Virus record (IMG/VR): IMGVR_UViG_3300049917_000036 | Coordinates: 1-24,735 of that record | Reading direction: 5' to 3' (one strand) | DNA from: a virus | Taxonomy: Duplodnaviria; Caudoviricetes | Length of the DNA: 24,735 nt | Part shown: one piece after another, positions 7,303 through 16,070 of the stretch | Numbering within the stretch: the stretch's first letter is position 1 | How the letters are laid out: every line of letters starts with the position of its first letter | Notes under the pieces: generated by a model | What the model was told of the DNA's origin: nothing | Database searches by the model: none | What the model saw: the letters and a program-made list of their open reading frames with translations, nothing else | Made by a program: the position numbers and the translations under genes

Positions 7303-9910
7303 TACTTATTATTGTTATTGTGTCACCAGGTGCGCTCAACGTAACGCTTCCGCTACCTTCAACCGTTTCTCCTGTGTATGCTTGAATCGTTAGTGGGTTT
7401 GCACCTGCTACAACGCGTTGAATAATAAATTCACGTCCTGCCGTTGTTGTTGCAGAAGGTAAGTAAATCGTTATGCCGCCTGCGGTCGGATCTGCGAAAA
7501 TCATTCTGTCAAAATTCGTTACAACGTAGTCGGTAGTAATTGTTCTAACTGGTTGACTAATCGCACCGCTAAAATTAACAGGCGCACCAAAGCGTGTTGG
7601 TGCTAACGAAGGTACTTGTTGAGTGATGAATGAACGTGTTCCGTTGTTTGGTTGTGAGAAACAATCGTTCTTTGCGGAGTTCCAGTTGTAGCCAAAACGA
7701 AGACAACAGTCTTGCGTCACTACCGCAGGATCTCCGTTCGGTCTTTCCCAATTCAAAGATTGGTCGAGGTTAGCCGACACAGGTATAATGTCGCAATCGT
7801 TGTTGATGTCTAAGACACGAATGAGTTTTACTTTCGTCATGTCTTGTTCACCTACGACGTAGCCTTGAATATCCATTACGCGCCAATAAGAATCTATTAT
7901 CCAAATCTTATCGCTGAATTGAAACGTAAAAATGTCGTTTAATGTTAGTGCAAACATTCCCTCTAAGATGCGCGCTTGTCCGTCGAATAGTTCGCGGTAG
8001 TAGTTTCTCCACCAACGGTTGTATAAGTTGTTGTATGGGTTCGCTACGATTGTATGCGGTGGTATTTCGGGAGCGAAGTTAAGGTCGCTATCTGACACCG
8101 TTGCGTTCATGACAGAATAGTTGTTTAGACACTTCACAGCCGTTTGAATTACGTCACCGCTCACCTCGTCGTACATATTTACAAAGAAGTCTGCGAAGTA
8201 ATATAGTATGCGTGGTTTTGGTTGTACGAATTGACCTTCTGAGTTTAAGAACTTAGGGACAACCACGTCTGTATTTTCCACAGGTGCTGAAGGTGTAGAC
8301 GCAAATGCTAACTCAACTTTTTCTTCGCCTGTCGCGAACTCGTTAATCACTTCGAAATCTGATTCAGTCACCTCATAACGTCCGTAGATGCGTCCGTTGT
8401 CCTTGTATATTCCGTTGAAGTAATCTCCGTCTTCGGTGTATGTAAAAGAAAACTTCGCCTTTTGAAGGTCTGTCGTTGGCGAGTACATGATGTCTTTCGA
8501 CAAGTCCAACTTCTGCGACCAATCTAACGTATTACCGCTTGCGATGTACTCAACCATTGGTTCAATACGCAAAGTGTTTGGTAGCGTCTTGTCAGCCACG
8601 AAAACAAGGTTGAACATCTTTTGAATTGACGTCATGAAATCAATTTGCTTCATGTCTGGAGCATTAAACTCCATAAGACAAGTGTCGCCTGTTAGTGCTG
8701 TTCCTATACTTGTAATCTCAACACCACAACCGAATTGATTTACGCCACCAACACCAAACAAATCAACGTCCCAAGTGAATGTCCCTGCGGTTGAATCTTG
8801 TGGTAAAATTTGCAATTTGAATTTAACCGTATCACCTCCATTGAAAGCGTAGGTTTGTGTTGTATTCAAAAAGAATAAATAACTTGTTTGAAGTAATTCG
8901 TATTCGTAAGTAAAAACATCGTTAACATAAACTAATATCTTAACTGGATAGTTTCCAAAATCTTCACCGTTCAAAGTGTTTACACGTCCATTTGCTGCAA
9001 TGTTAAATGAGTATTGAGCCGTATAAGGAACGGTAAAAACACCAGCACTCCAATTTAGACCTGCGTCTTCGTATTCCGTTAACGCGCTGTATAAATTGTA
9101 AATGTTGTTTGAAGGCGCAAATGTCAATCCGTTCACGTTTGAAGCAAGAGCAAGATTTGCAGCATTGTCATTTAATCCTAACGAACTATTCAAGTATTGT
9201 CCGTTTACAAAAGGAACATAAACGTTTTCAAGTATGTCGCCTAAGTAGTCACTCGAATACTGCAAGCCTGCATCGTTCATTATCTCGTCGAACAGATATT
9301 GAGCCTTCACGGCAGGTGTTAAGTGTCCAACATAAAGCGGTTTGTAAGTCGGTTGCCCTGCGAGAACGGTTGAATAAACAGGTTGTCCTTCTGGATTACT
9401 TGCGGTTAAATTCCACTTGTCGCAAAGCGTCAATATAGTGTGTTCGTTGGGCGGTGTTTCTACGTTCGCGTGAAGCAAATCGTAGTCAAGGTCACCTAAG
9501 ATAATGCTATTAATATCTTTCAACTTTTTCTCGTTGAGAAGACGCGCGAGATTTGGTACTTCACCGAAGAACACAATCTCAAATTCGAACAACTTACCAC
9601 TCTGCCAGTACAATTTTTTAACTTGAATATGTCCGCTTGCAATTGGTATCGTGTTAACTGTTAGCACCGCATCAACCTTTTTGCGGAAGTCAAACCACCC
9701 GTCGAAATTAACGTTGAAAATTGCTCCGAAGAAATCTACATTCGTTGCACTTGCTGGAATACGAAATTCTTGCGAGTAGTTACCAACGGAAGCAAAGTCG
9801 GTGATGTCGGTGAACTTATAGTTCAAGTGCATTTTCTCGTTCTCGTAAAGGTCGAGAATCGCGCTGTTGCCGTTGCTGTCTGTTAGCGTTAGAATTACTT
9901 GATTCATCAT
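7268..9910 (-). CDS. Tail tip / baseplate hub protein
   Basis: 880 aa. LDLYENE, DITDF....NYSQEFRIPA, KQIDFMTSIQKMFNL, LDWSQKLD, NNLYNRWW, TKVKLI, plus a C-terminal beta-rich ITIYLPSA domain. Confidence 0.7.
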   Translation of the reverse strand: MMNQVILTLTDSNGNSAILDLYENEKMHLNYKFTDITDFASVGNYSQEFRIPASATNVDFFGAIFNVNFDGWFDFRKKVDAVLTVNTIPIASGHIQVKKLYWQSGKLFEFEIVFFGEVPNLARLLNEKKLKDINSIILGDLDYDLLHANVETPPNEHTILTLCDKWNLTASNPEGQPVYSTVLAGQPTYKPLYVGHLTPAVKAQYLFDEIMNDAGLQYSSDYLGDILENVYVPFVNGQYLNSSLGLNDNAANLALASNVNGLTFAPSNNIYNLYSALTEYEDAGLNWSAGVFTVPYTAQYSFNIAANGRVNTLNGEDFGNYPVKILVYVNDVFTYEYELLQTSYLFFLNTTQTYAFNGGDTVKFKLQILPQDSTAGTFTWDVDLFGVGGVNQFGCGVEITSIGTALTGDTCLMEFNAPDMKQIDFMTSIQKMFNLVFVADKTLPNTLRIEPMVEYIASGNTLDWSQKLDLSKDIMYSPTTDLQKAKFSFTYTEDGDYFNGIYKDNGRIYGRYEVTESDFEVINEFATGEEKVELAFASTPSAPVENTDVVVPKFLNSEGQFVQPKPRILYYFADFFVNMYDEVSGDVIQTAVKCLNNYSVMNATVSDSDLNFAPEIPPHTIVANPYNNLYNRWWRNYYRELFDGQARILEGMFALTLNDIFTFQFSDKIWIIDSYWRVMDIQGYVVGEQDMTKVKLIRVLDINNDCDIIPVSANLDQSLNWERPNGDPAVVTQDCCLRFGYNWNSAKNDCFSQPNNGTRSFITQQVPSLAPTRFGAPVNFSGAISQPVRTITTDYVVTNFDRMIFADPTAGGITIYLPSATTTAGREFIIQRVVAGANPLTIQAYTGETVEGSGSVTLSAPGDTITIISNGSNFKGTSTK

Positions 9911-11145
9911 AAGCCAACAGGTTGAGAGTATTTAAGATTCAACGTTACGTTGTAAAGTTTTGAATATCTTTCGTCCTTGATAACAAAGTTCTGCGTGTCG
10001 ACTAAGACAGGTGTCATTGTTCCGTCGTCGTTGATTATGAACACGTCGTTTGAACGGCAAAGCGTTTGTAACAATTCGAACTCTCCAACGCTTACCCAGT
10101 CGCTGTTAATTTGTAGTCCTTTCGTCGTTGTGACGTAGCGGTCTGTTGTGCCTCTGTCGTAGGTGTTGAAATCAAACGTCGCTGTGTTGTAACTACCAAC
10201 AACTTTTTGATATTGCTTACGATCGTAGTTGAACGACAATTCCGACTTCTTCGTGAAGTTGAAGTAATCAGTACCGCCAACAGTATTCGTCCAACCCAAA
10301 CGCACATTGTCAAAGCGACAATCGTCAGGAACAATATAGAAACAATACACGCGTGAAGCAGGTGTGTAAACAGGGAACGCAATTTCTTTTCCAATTTGTA
10401 TAGTGTAGTATTTTGCACCTGTTAAATTTAATGCACCCCATAAATCTATGTTGGCGTAAAAGCCACCAATGACATTGACGATTGACGAGTTGTTCGATAA
10501 CGCTAAAAACTGCGTGTCAATTAAAGTGTCGCTGTCGTCGTACGAAGAAAAAACCACTATGTCAAAATCGTTATCTTGTAGAATCATAGTTGCTGAAGGC
10601 GCGTACAAAAGACCATAGTCAGCCACGCGAGTTGGTATGTACACGTAGTCGCTCGACAACCCGCGCGCTGCTGCTTCACTCCATTTGTGCGTGTCTACAT
10701 TTCTTTCGCTCATTAAATACTTCGTGATTCCGTCGAGCGCGTAGCGTGTGTTTGGGTTTGGTCTGTAACCGTCAGCCACTTGATATTCAGCAAGGAACGC
10801 GTAAACGTCGTCGATGTCAGCCATGCCCGAACCGCTTACTGTGAACACTCCGCTAATCAACCAACCTTCCTTAATCGTGCAGCTGATAAACGCAACGCTT
10901 GAATTTTCTGTGTCTGTTGACGACGTTAACAACGCAGCTTCATGTTGTAGTTGTTCACGAAATATCGGTGCTAAATCCAACACCCCTTTGTTGGCTGCGT
11001 TAGGTTGTACGTTGACCTGAAATGAACCGAAGTCGAACACGAAACGAAAGCCTGCGTTGGCTACGTTGGTTGAAGATGCGACAAGCATCAATCGTTGTCC
11101 GACTGGAGTGTATTGGTATGGTTGGTCGTCTATTGTAATTGCCAT
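9907..11145 (-). CDS. Distal tail / baseplate structural protein
   Basis: Probable start ATG 11145 (MAITIDDQPY), 2 nt after the upstream stop. RLGWTN.VGG.DYFNF and INSDWVS..E motifs. ATGA overlap with the hub gene. Confidence 0.65.
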   Translation of the reverse strand: MAITIDDQPYQYTPVGQRLMLVASSTNVANAGFRFVFDFGSFQVNVQPNAANKGVLDLAPIFREQLQHEAALLTSSTDTENSSVAFISCTIKEGWLISGVFTVSGSGMADIDDVYAFLAEYQVADGYRPNPNTRYALDGITKYLMSERNVDTHKWSEAAARGLSSDYVYIPTRVADYGLLYAPSATMILQDNDFDIVVFSSYDDSDTLIDTQFLALSNNSSIVNVIGGFYANIDLWGALNLTGAKYYTIQIGKEIAFPVYTPASRVYCFYIVPDDCRFDNVRLGWTNTVGGTDYFNFTKKSELSFNYDRKQYQKVVGSYNTATFDFNTYDRGTTDRYVTTTKGLQINSDWVSVGEFELLQTLCRSNDVFIINDDGTMTPVLVDTQNFVIKDERYSKLYNVTLNLKYSQPVGL

Positions 11146-11147
11146 TA

Positions 11148-11687
11148 TTATATTTCTTTTAGTTGATTTTCTAACGTTGCGCTGAAGTCCTTTCCGTATG
11201 CTGCTACCACCTTTGCTTCGTATTCGTCCCAAATGTTTTCGTAGGCGTAGTCGAATGCGTGCCACCCTTTGATACCTTCCTTGCCTATCTTGCGAGCAAT
11301 TAAAAAAGCCACTTGTCTTTTGAGTGCTTCCGTTGGTTTCTTGAATTTACCGCTTTCCTTGTCGCGTAACTTGATAGGCTTCAATCGCATCCAATCAAGA
11401 ATAGCGCTTACTGGTGGCGGTGTCGCTCCTGCTCTGCGTCCGTTCTCACGTGCGAGAAAGTATTGCGACGCTTTACCCTTTGCGTAGATTGAAATGTCTA
11501 TTGACTTTCCTTTTACCTTCAACCTATAAGCTAACGACTTTACGAGCGTACCACTTGAAACCGCATTCGTGTAGTTGCGTCCCACCTTCCGCTTTAATCG
11601 GTAATCGGACTGCATCAACTCAACAAAGCGTTGAGCCATTTCATTGACTACCGCGAAGAAGTTTGGTGCGCTCTGTTCGTTAGGCAT
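11148..11687 (-). CDS. Neck / tail completion protein (HK97 gp10-like)
   Basis: Basic 179 aa. SGTLVKSL, ENGRRAG..PPPVSAILDW, AFLIARKI.KEGIK. Confidence 0.6.
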   Translation of the reverse strand: MPNEQSAPNFFAVVNEMAQRFVELMQSDYRLKRKVGRNYTNAVSSGTLVKSLAYRLKVKGKSIDISIYAKGKASQYFLARENGRRAGATPPPVSAILDWMRLKPIKLRDKESGKFKKPTEALKRQVAFLIARKIGKEGIKGWHAFDYAYENIWDEYEAKVVAAYGKDFSATLENQLKEI

Positions 11688-11691
11688 TTAT

Positions 11692-11931
11692 TTAACTTCG
11701 TTCAGGTGTTACTATTTCCAAGTCTATTGGTATTCCAAGAATAGGCAACAAAGATTCGTTATAAGTTATGTACCAAAAATGCGGAGTATTTAATTCTGCA
11801 AATTGATAGTCAACCCAATTCTGTGTAACGTCTTCGGGACTAATTGGTATGCCGTAGTAAGCATCGCACGCTTCACGAGCATTGATTGCTTCTTGTTCGG
11901 TAGTGTATTGGTAACCTTTAATATATTGCAT
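11692..11931 (-). CDS. Small protein following the fibre/lectin gene (possible chaperone)
   Basis: 79 aa, overlaps the end of the upstream gene and shares its AT-rich composition. Confidence 0.55.
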   Translation of the reverse strand: MQYIKGYQYTTEQEAINAREACDAYYGIPISPEDVTQNWVDYQFAELNTPHFWYITYNESLLPILGIPIDLEIVTPERS

Positions 11932-12859
11932 AGTAAGTATTTATATCTGTATTAATTCCTGTTCTATTTGAAGATTGGTCAGATGTATAAGCAACAAATT
12001 CACTTAAATTTCCTTGCAAAAAGTCAGTTACTGCGCTACTAAAATACCCTGCCATTAAACGAAATTTACCGTTATCTGTTCCGCCTAATGAAGCTAATGG
12101 ATTTGTTGTCGTATCACTTCCTTTCAAAGCATTATTTGTAAATACTTGAATTACCGTTGATGTTCTTGTCCCTGTCATTAAATTCATTACATTATTTAAT
12201 TCAGAAGTAATTGACCTTGCTTGAAAATCACTTGCGCCTCCACTGTCTACTGATGTTTTTCTTGAAAAAGTAGCATTTCTTGTTAAATCTGAATATTGAA
12301 AATAAATAGAACCTGCTGCAGTTACACCGCTTGCATCTGCTCCCATTAATGTTTTATATACCCCTGTTGTATTTGGTGAGTTGACTGCGGTAATAAATAA
12401 CGGATCTACTGCCACCGTAGATAAAAAACTATCATTAACACCATCGAATAACATTGTAGGTTTTGAATTTTGCAAAATTACACTTCCCGAACTTACTATT
12501 TGTGCTTGATTCGCTGCTGTTGTTTGTACTACATTATTTGCATTTCCACTTTGGTCATACCATGTAGTTACAAATCCATTACTAACACCACAAAATGCAA
12601 GTAAAGAAATAGTATCTAAATTACCTGAAGCAAAACCAATATCTTGTTCTGTATTATCACTTGTTCTTCTAACCCTAATAGCATTACCTGTATAAGTGCT
12701 TCTTAATGAACGAAGTGAATATGCAACAGCGGCATTGGGATAAGCATCTAATAATAAAGGAGAAATATTTACACTTCCAATCAATCCTAAGTTAGTAGGT
12801 GTTTCACCTTCAAAAAGTCTGTCTCCAAAACTTTTGAATAAACCAAAATTTTCACCCAT
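11918..12859 (-). CDS. Tail fibre / receptor-binding protein with a ConA-like lectin domain
   Basis: AAVAYSLRSLRSTYTGNAIRVRRTSDNTEQDIGF...GFVTTWYDQSGN...QTTAANQ is a recurrent phage lectin-like (arabinofuranosidase B/LamG-like) module. Probable start ATG 12859. Confidence 0.6.
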   Translation of the reverse strand: MGENFGLFKSFGDRLFEGETPTNLGLIGSVNISPLLLDAYPNAAVAYSLRSLRSTYTGNAIRVRRTSDNTEQDIGFASGNLDTISLLAFCGVSNGFVTTWYDQSGNANNVVQTTAANQAQIVSSGSVILQNSKPTMLFDGVNDSFLSTVAVDPLFITAVNSPNTTGVYKTLMGADASGVTAAGSIYFQYSDLTRNATFSRKTSVDSGGASDFQARSITSELNNVMNLMTGTRTSTVIQVFTNNALKGSDTTTNPLASLGGTDNGKFRLMAGYFSSAVTDFLQGNLSEFVAYTSDQSSNRTGINTDINTYYAIY

Positions 12860-12860
12860 T

Positions 12861-13265
12861 TTAATAGTCTCCTTTTGCTGCAAATACGTTTACACCTACT
12901 GCTATTGCAACGGTTGTTCCAACCTTTACAACTTGACCTGCTTTAAGTTGCAAGTCTGAATAAGTGTTTACTGCTCTTTGTGATGTCACCGTTGTAGATG
13001 CTGTTATTGCAGCCAAAGTTACCTCATCAAATAATTTGAAATTAGCTCCTGTTGTATCGCTAATGAAGATAAGCACCAAAGTAGCAGCGTTTGTCCCTGC
13101 TACCTTTGCGCCTATCTGTGTTATTTTTGTTCCGTTAGTGGTTGCCGTCAATAGCGTAACGGTGTTGGTCATCGTTGCGCCTGTGCGGTCAGTTGTTGCA
13201 GCCGTTACCGTAGCGAAAGACGTTTCAGGTGTGAGTGCGAAAATTGGTTGAAAGTTTGCTGGCAT
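12861..13265 (-). CDS. Virion fibre-associated protein
   Basis: 134 aa, Thr/Ala-rich and beta-like, between fibre genes. Confidence 0.55.
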   Translation of the reverse strand: MPANFQPIFALTPETSFATVTAATTDRTGATMTNTVTLLTATTNGTKITQIGAKVAGTNAATLVLIFISDTTGANFKLFDEVTLAAITASTTVTSQRAVNTYSDLQLKAGQVVKVGTTVAIAVGVNVFAAKGDY

Positions 13266-13271
13266 AATTTT

Positions 13272-15173
13272 TTAGTGGTTATAGTATAAATATAGTGAAT
13301 TCCCTGCGGAAGTTGTTTCTATTGTGAATGTTCTATCTGCGCTTAAATCGTACGTCACTCCGTTAATCGTCAGCGTGCGTATAGCAGGTACTTTTGAATT
13401 AAACGTTGTCCAATCCGCAGAACTCAATGCGCCTCTATTCGCTGCGCTTGCCGTTGGAAGGTTGAACGTGTGTGTGCTTGTTGCCGATGAGATACCAAAG
13501 TCAGTACCTGCTGTTCCAGTTGCGAAGTTCTGCACCTGTGCCGTTAAGCCGTTCAACGCAGTTAAGCCTGTTGAGAAAGTAGTAATTACTTCACAAAGGT
13601 GACTGTTCTCGGTGTGTAGTGTAATCGTTCTGCCTGAGTGCGTAACGTAGATTCTAACCGCTAATCTGTCCGTTAATGCTAACGTCGTTTGTGGTACTGC
13701 TAACGCGCTAACGTAAAGGTCAATTGCCGTTCCGTTGGTGATGCCTTCGGGAGTAGCTGAGTTAGACGCTATCAATGATAAGGTCGCACCGTTCCACTTG
13801 TATAACTCCACATAAAATGAAGGTGTACCTCCGCTACTTGACGCGCTGAAATATGTTTCGAAGTTCCAATTTCCTGCTGGTATCTCTAACTGATTCGGAA
13901 CGTTAGCGTCTGTGATGAAGGATTGAATGTAGCCGTTTGCGTTTATGGTGAAATCTGTTCCAACACCTAAGACTGGCACTCTGTCCATTTCCTTAAAAGC
14001 CACACCGCCAATCGTTCCTTGCGCTACCGATCCGTTGAGATAGAAAGCTACTGATGAACCACCGCCTGTTGACGAAGGAAAGTTAGCAAGACTACCGTCA
14101 CCTCTCACATATTGTGATACCGTTCCTGCGCCTGTAACTGCTATATCTCCTGAACTTGTAATGGGGCTATTCGCCACACTAAATGCGGAAGGCATTGTTA
14201 AACCTACGCTTGTAACCGTTCCGTTTGTTAGTGTTGGTTTGTTAAGAATTTCTTCAACTCCACTCGTTGCGTTCCAATCTGCATTCACCTGAGCAGGTAC
14301 ATCGGCTGCCGTTATGAATGGGTTAACACCGTCCGCTCCGTCGTTCGTTAGGTCACTCGTTGCCGTTGGTATTGTTGGCTTATTATCTAAGTCGTTGTAG
14401 TCATTCGAGAAACCAACTGCGCTGATGCTACTGATGTCAGCCTTCAAAAGTATTTCTTCTTCGAGTGCGTCAATGGCTGCTTCGATGTCTATAATCGTTT
14501 GACAATCACCTATCGTTTCACACGTCAACCCGATGTTGTCCGTCGTCAAGTACCAACCGCGCACCCCTGCTCCATTCGTTCCGTAGTAATAGTTCGGTGC
14601 TGGTGTTTCTTCGTCGTTGACAAGCGACACGTTGCCGTTGTTGTCGCGTGTGATACTATCAATGAATGAAAGAATCGAACCTGTCCCACCGCTTCCGCTT
14701 TCAAAAAAATCGTTCCACTCTGCAGGGATTGAACACGCGTCCCAATAATAAGGAACAAGTAAGTCCAAACTAATCGTCCAACCTGTCAGCGTGTGTTGAA
14801 ACTCCTCAAGGAATGGTTCTAACGAAACGTTTTGCACCGTGATTAAGTCACCAAACAACATGCGGTGGTTGGTTATCTCAGCAACCAAGTCTTCAGCGAT
14901 CCGTTGAAGGTCGGAAAGAACCTCGCGTTGGTATTCGGGTTTGTCTTCTTTGTCGCGTGGTAAGTCTGCAAGGACAATCTGAAAACTAAACGTCTTCATA
15001 CCTTTCGCGTAAGTAACGTTCGAAGGAACGACGTGCATGAACGGATATTCACCAAACTTTTCAAGGTCGGAAACTTCAATCTGTCCGTGTGAGAATCTTT
15101 TGAGAATAAAGTGTCCAGACGCAAATGCGTGGAATCTATCTATGAGCGCGTTGTAGCTTTGTACGTTCGACAT
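13272..15173 (-). CDS. Tail terminator-like domain fused to a fibre-like region
   Basis: The first about 150 aa (YPFMHVVP, FSFQIVLADL, EVLSDLQRIAEDL, EPFLEEF...LTGW, DACSIP) resemble tail completion/terminator proteins. The rest has fibre repeats SNDYNDLDNKPTIP, QVNADWNATSG..ILNKP, GTVTSVGLTMPSAFSV, GALSSADWTTFNSK. Confidence 0.6.
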   Translation of the reverse strand: MSNVQSYNALIDRFHAFASGHFILKRFSHGQIEVSDLEKFGEYPFMHVVPSNVTYAKGMKTFSFQIVLADLPRDKEDKPEYQREVLSDLQRIAEDLVAEITNHRMLFGDLITVQNVSLEPFLEEFQHTLTGWTISLDLLVPYYWDACSIPAEWNDFFESGSGGTGSILSFIDSITRDNNGNVSLVNDEETPAPNYYYGTNGAGVRGWYLTTDNIGLTCETIGDCQTIIDIEAAIDALEEEILLKADISSISAVGFSNDYNDLDNKPTIPTATSDLTNDGADGVNPFITAADVPAQVNADWNATSGVEEILNKPTLTNGTVTSVGLTMPSAFSVANSPITSSGDIAVTGAGTVSQYVRGDGSLANFPSSTGGGSSVAFYLNGSVAQGTIGGVAFKEMDRVPVLGVGTDFTINANGYIQSFITDANVPNQLEIPAGNWNFETYFSASSSGGTPSFYVELYKWNGATLSLIASNSATPEGITNGTAIDLYVSALAVPQTTLALTDRLAVRIYVTHSGRTITLHTENSHLCEVITTFSTGLTALNGLTAQVQNFATGTAGTDFGISSATSTHTFNLPTASAANRGALSSADWTTFNSKVPAIRTLTINGVTYDLSADRTFTIETTSAGNSLYLYYNH

Positions 15174-15420
15174 AATTGTAGTCTATTAGGTAAGTCATAA
15201 ATGTAAATATCTCCCACGCTGATTTTTCCGTAATTAAATCTAATTTAGTTATATCACGTCCGCAGGCTTCCATAAAAAGGTGATACCAACCGTATCTTCC
15301 AAGCACTTGGTTTAGGTTGTCTCTGTCTTCAATTGCTCCGTCAGTTCCTGCGTCAACTTCTTCACCTCGTTCTCCAAATAGTCTAGCGAAATGTTGCTTA
15401 GTTCGTTGAGCAAAGTCGAA
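15136..15420 (-). CDS. -1 frameshift extension (GT-like) of the tail assembly chaperone
   Basis: The -1 frame is open for 94 codons from the T9 run: FDFAQRTKQHFARLFGERGEEVDAGTDGAIEDRDNLNQVLGRYGWYHLFMEACGRDITKLDLITEKSAWEIFTFMTYLIDYNYVERTKLQRAHR. It fills the otherwise empty gap 15174-15311. Confidence 0.75.
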   Translation of the reverse strand, partial: FDFAQRTKQHFARLFGERGEEVDAGTDGAIEDRDNLNQVLGRYGWYHLFMEACGRDITKLDLITEKSAWEIFTFMTYLIDYNYVERTKLQRAHR

Positions 15421-15896
15421 AAAAAAAGCATCGCACCGTTAAATTGTTCAAGTGTCATCTGCTCAACGTAGCCTTCAACTAACTCTCTGTTTGCTTTGCT
15501 GTGAGGTACTATTGTGTATTTCGAACCAACACGCTTGTCGATAGGTCTGTAAAGCGTTCCCATAATCTTAACCATGTTCTCACCTACGTTTGCTGCCCAA
15601 GTTGAAATATCAGCGTACTCACCCATTGAGATAGAATACAGGTCAGGGATAAACCCAAAGTCTTTGTCTTTGATAGTTATCGTTTCAAAGAACTTTGCTG
15701 ATTCATTCAATAGTGTTTCTTCGAACGCTGCGACTAATGTCGGCAAGTGTTGGAAGGGTATCTGCTCCGCCTGTTCTTTCAGTAGGTTACTGATGCTAAC
15801 CAACTTGTCGATGTCGTTTTTCGCGTTGTGGTAGTCAACGTATTGCTTGACGCTAATCGAAGAATAGTCAGCTGGTATACTTACTTTTATGCTCAT
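15312..15896 (-). CDS. Tail assembly chaperone (G-like)
   Basis: 194 aa with FGFIPDL..ISMGEYADI and IMGTLYRPI. ATG CTT TTT TTT TCG slippery site at codons 156-160. Confidence 0.7.
   Translation of the reverse strand: MSIKVSIPADYSSISVKQYVDYHNAKNDIDKLVSISNLLKEQAEQIPFQHLPTLVAAFEETLLNESAKFFETITIKDKDFGFIPDLYSISMGEYADISTWAANVGENMVKIMGTLYRPIDKRVGSKYTIVPHSKANRELVEGYVEQMTLEQFNGAMLFFSTLLNELSNISLDYLENEVKKLTQELTEQLKTETT
15419..15427 (-). other. Programmed -1 frameshift slippery site T TTT TTT
   Basis: T9 run in the correct X XXY YYZ phase; the -1 frame is long and protein-like. Confidence 0.75.
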
Positions 15897-15914
15897 TTAT
15901 CCGTATTTATTCGT

Positions 15915-16070
15915 TTAAGATCCGCAATAAAGACAACCTTCGTCGTCGTCGTCGATTGTGTTCGCTTCTTCGTGTACTCTGATTGCTTCCATGTGTACCT
16001 GTTCCTTCGTCCACTCTGGGTGGAACATCGCGATTTGCGAACGCAAAAAGTTTAATTTGTTGTCGCTCAT
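15915..16070 (-). CDS. Small protein, 51 aa, ending DDDDEGCLYCGS (not in ORF track)
   Basis: MSDNKLNFLRSQIAMFHPEWTKEQVHMEAIRVHEEANTIDDDDEGCLYCGS. ATGA overlap with the upstream ORF. Confidence 0.7.
   Translation of the reverse strand: MSDNKLNFLRSQIAMFHPEWTKEQVHMEAIRVHEEANTIDDDDEGCLYCGS

Noticed and set aside
11146-11265. Arg-rich 40-aa N-terminal extension of the distal tail ORF
   Set aside because: It overlaps the neck gene; ATG 11145 right after the neck stop is the more plausible start.
364-14758. Many opposite-strand or off-frame ORFs in the track within the structural block (e.g. 364-603, 588-875, 3862-4239, 6219-6602, 12964-13251)
   Set aside because: They are shadows of well-supported minus-strand genes, with Ser/Thr/Phe-rich composition and no leaders or motifs.
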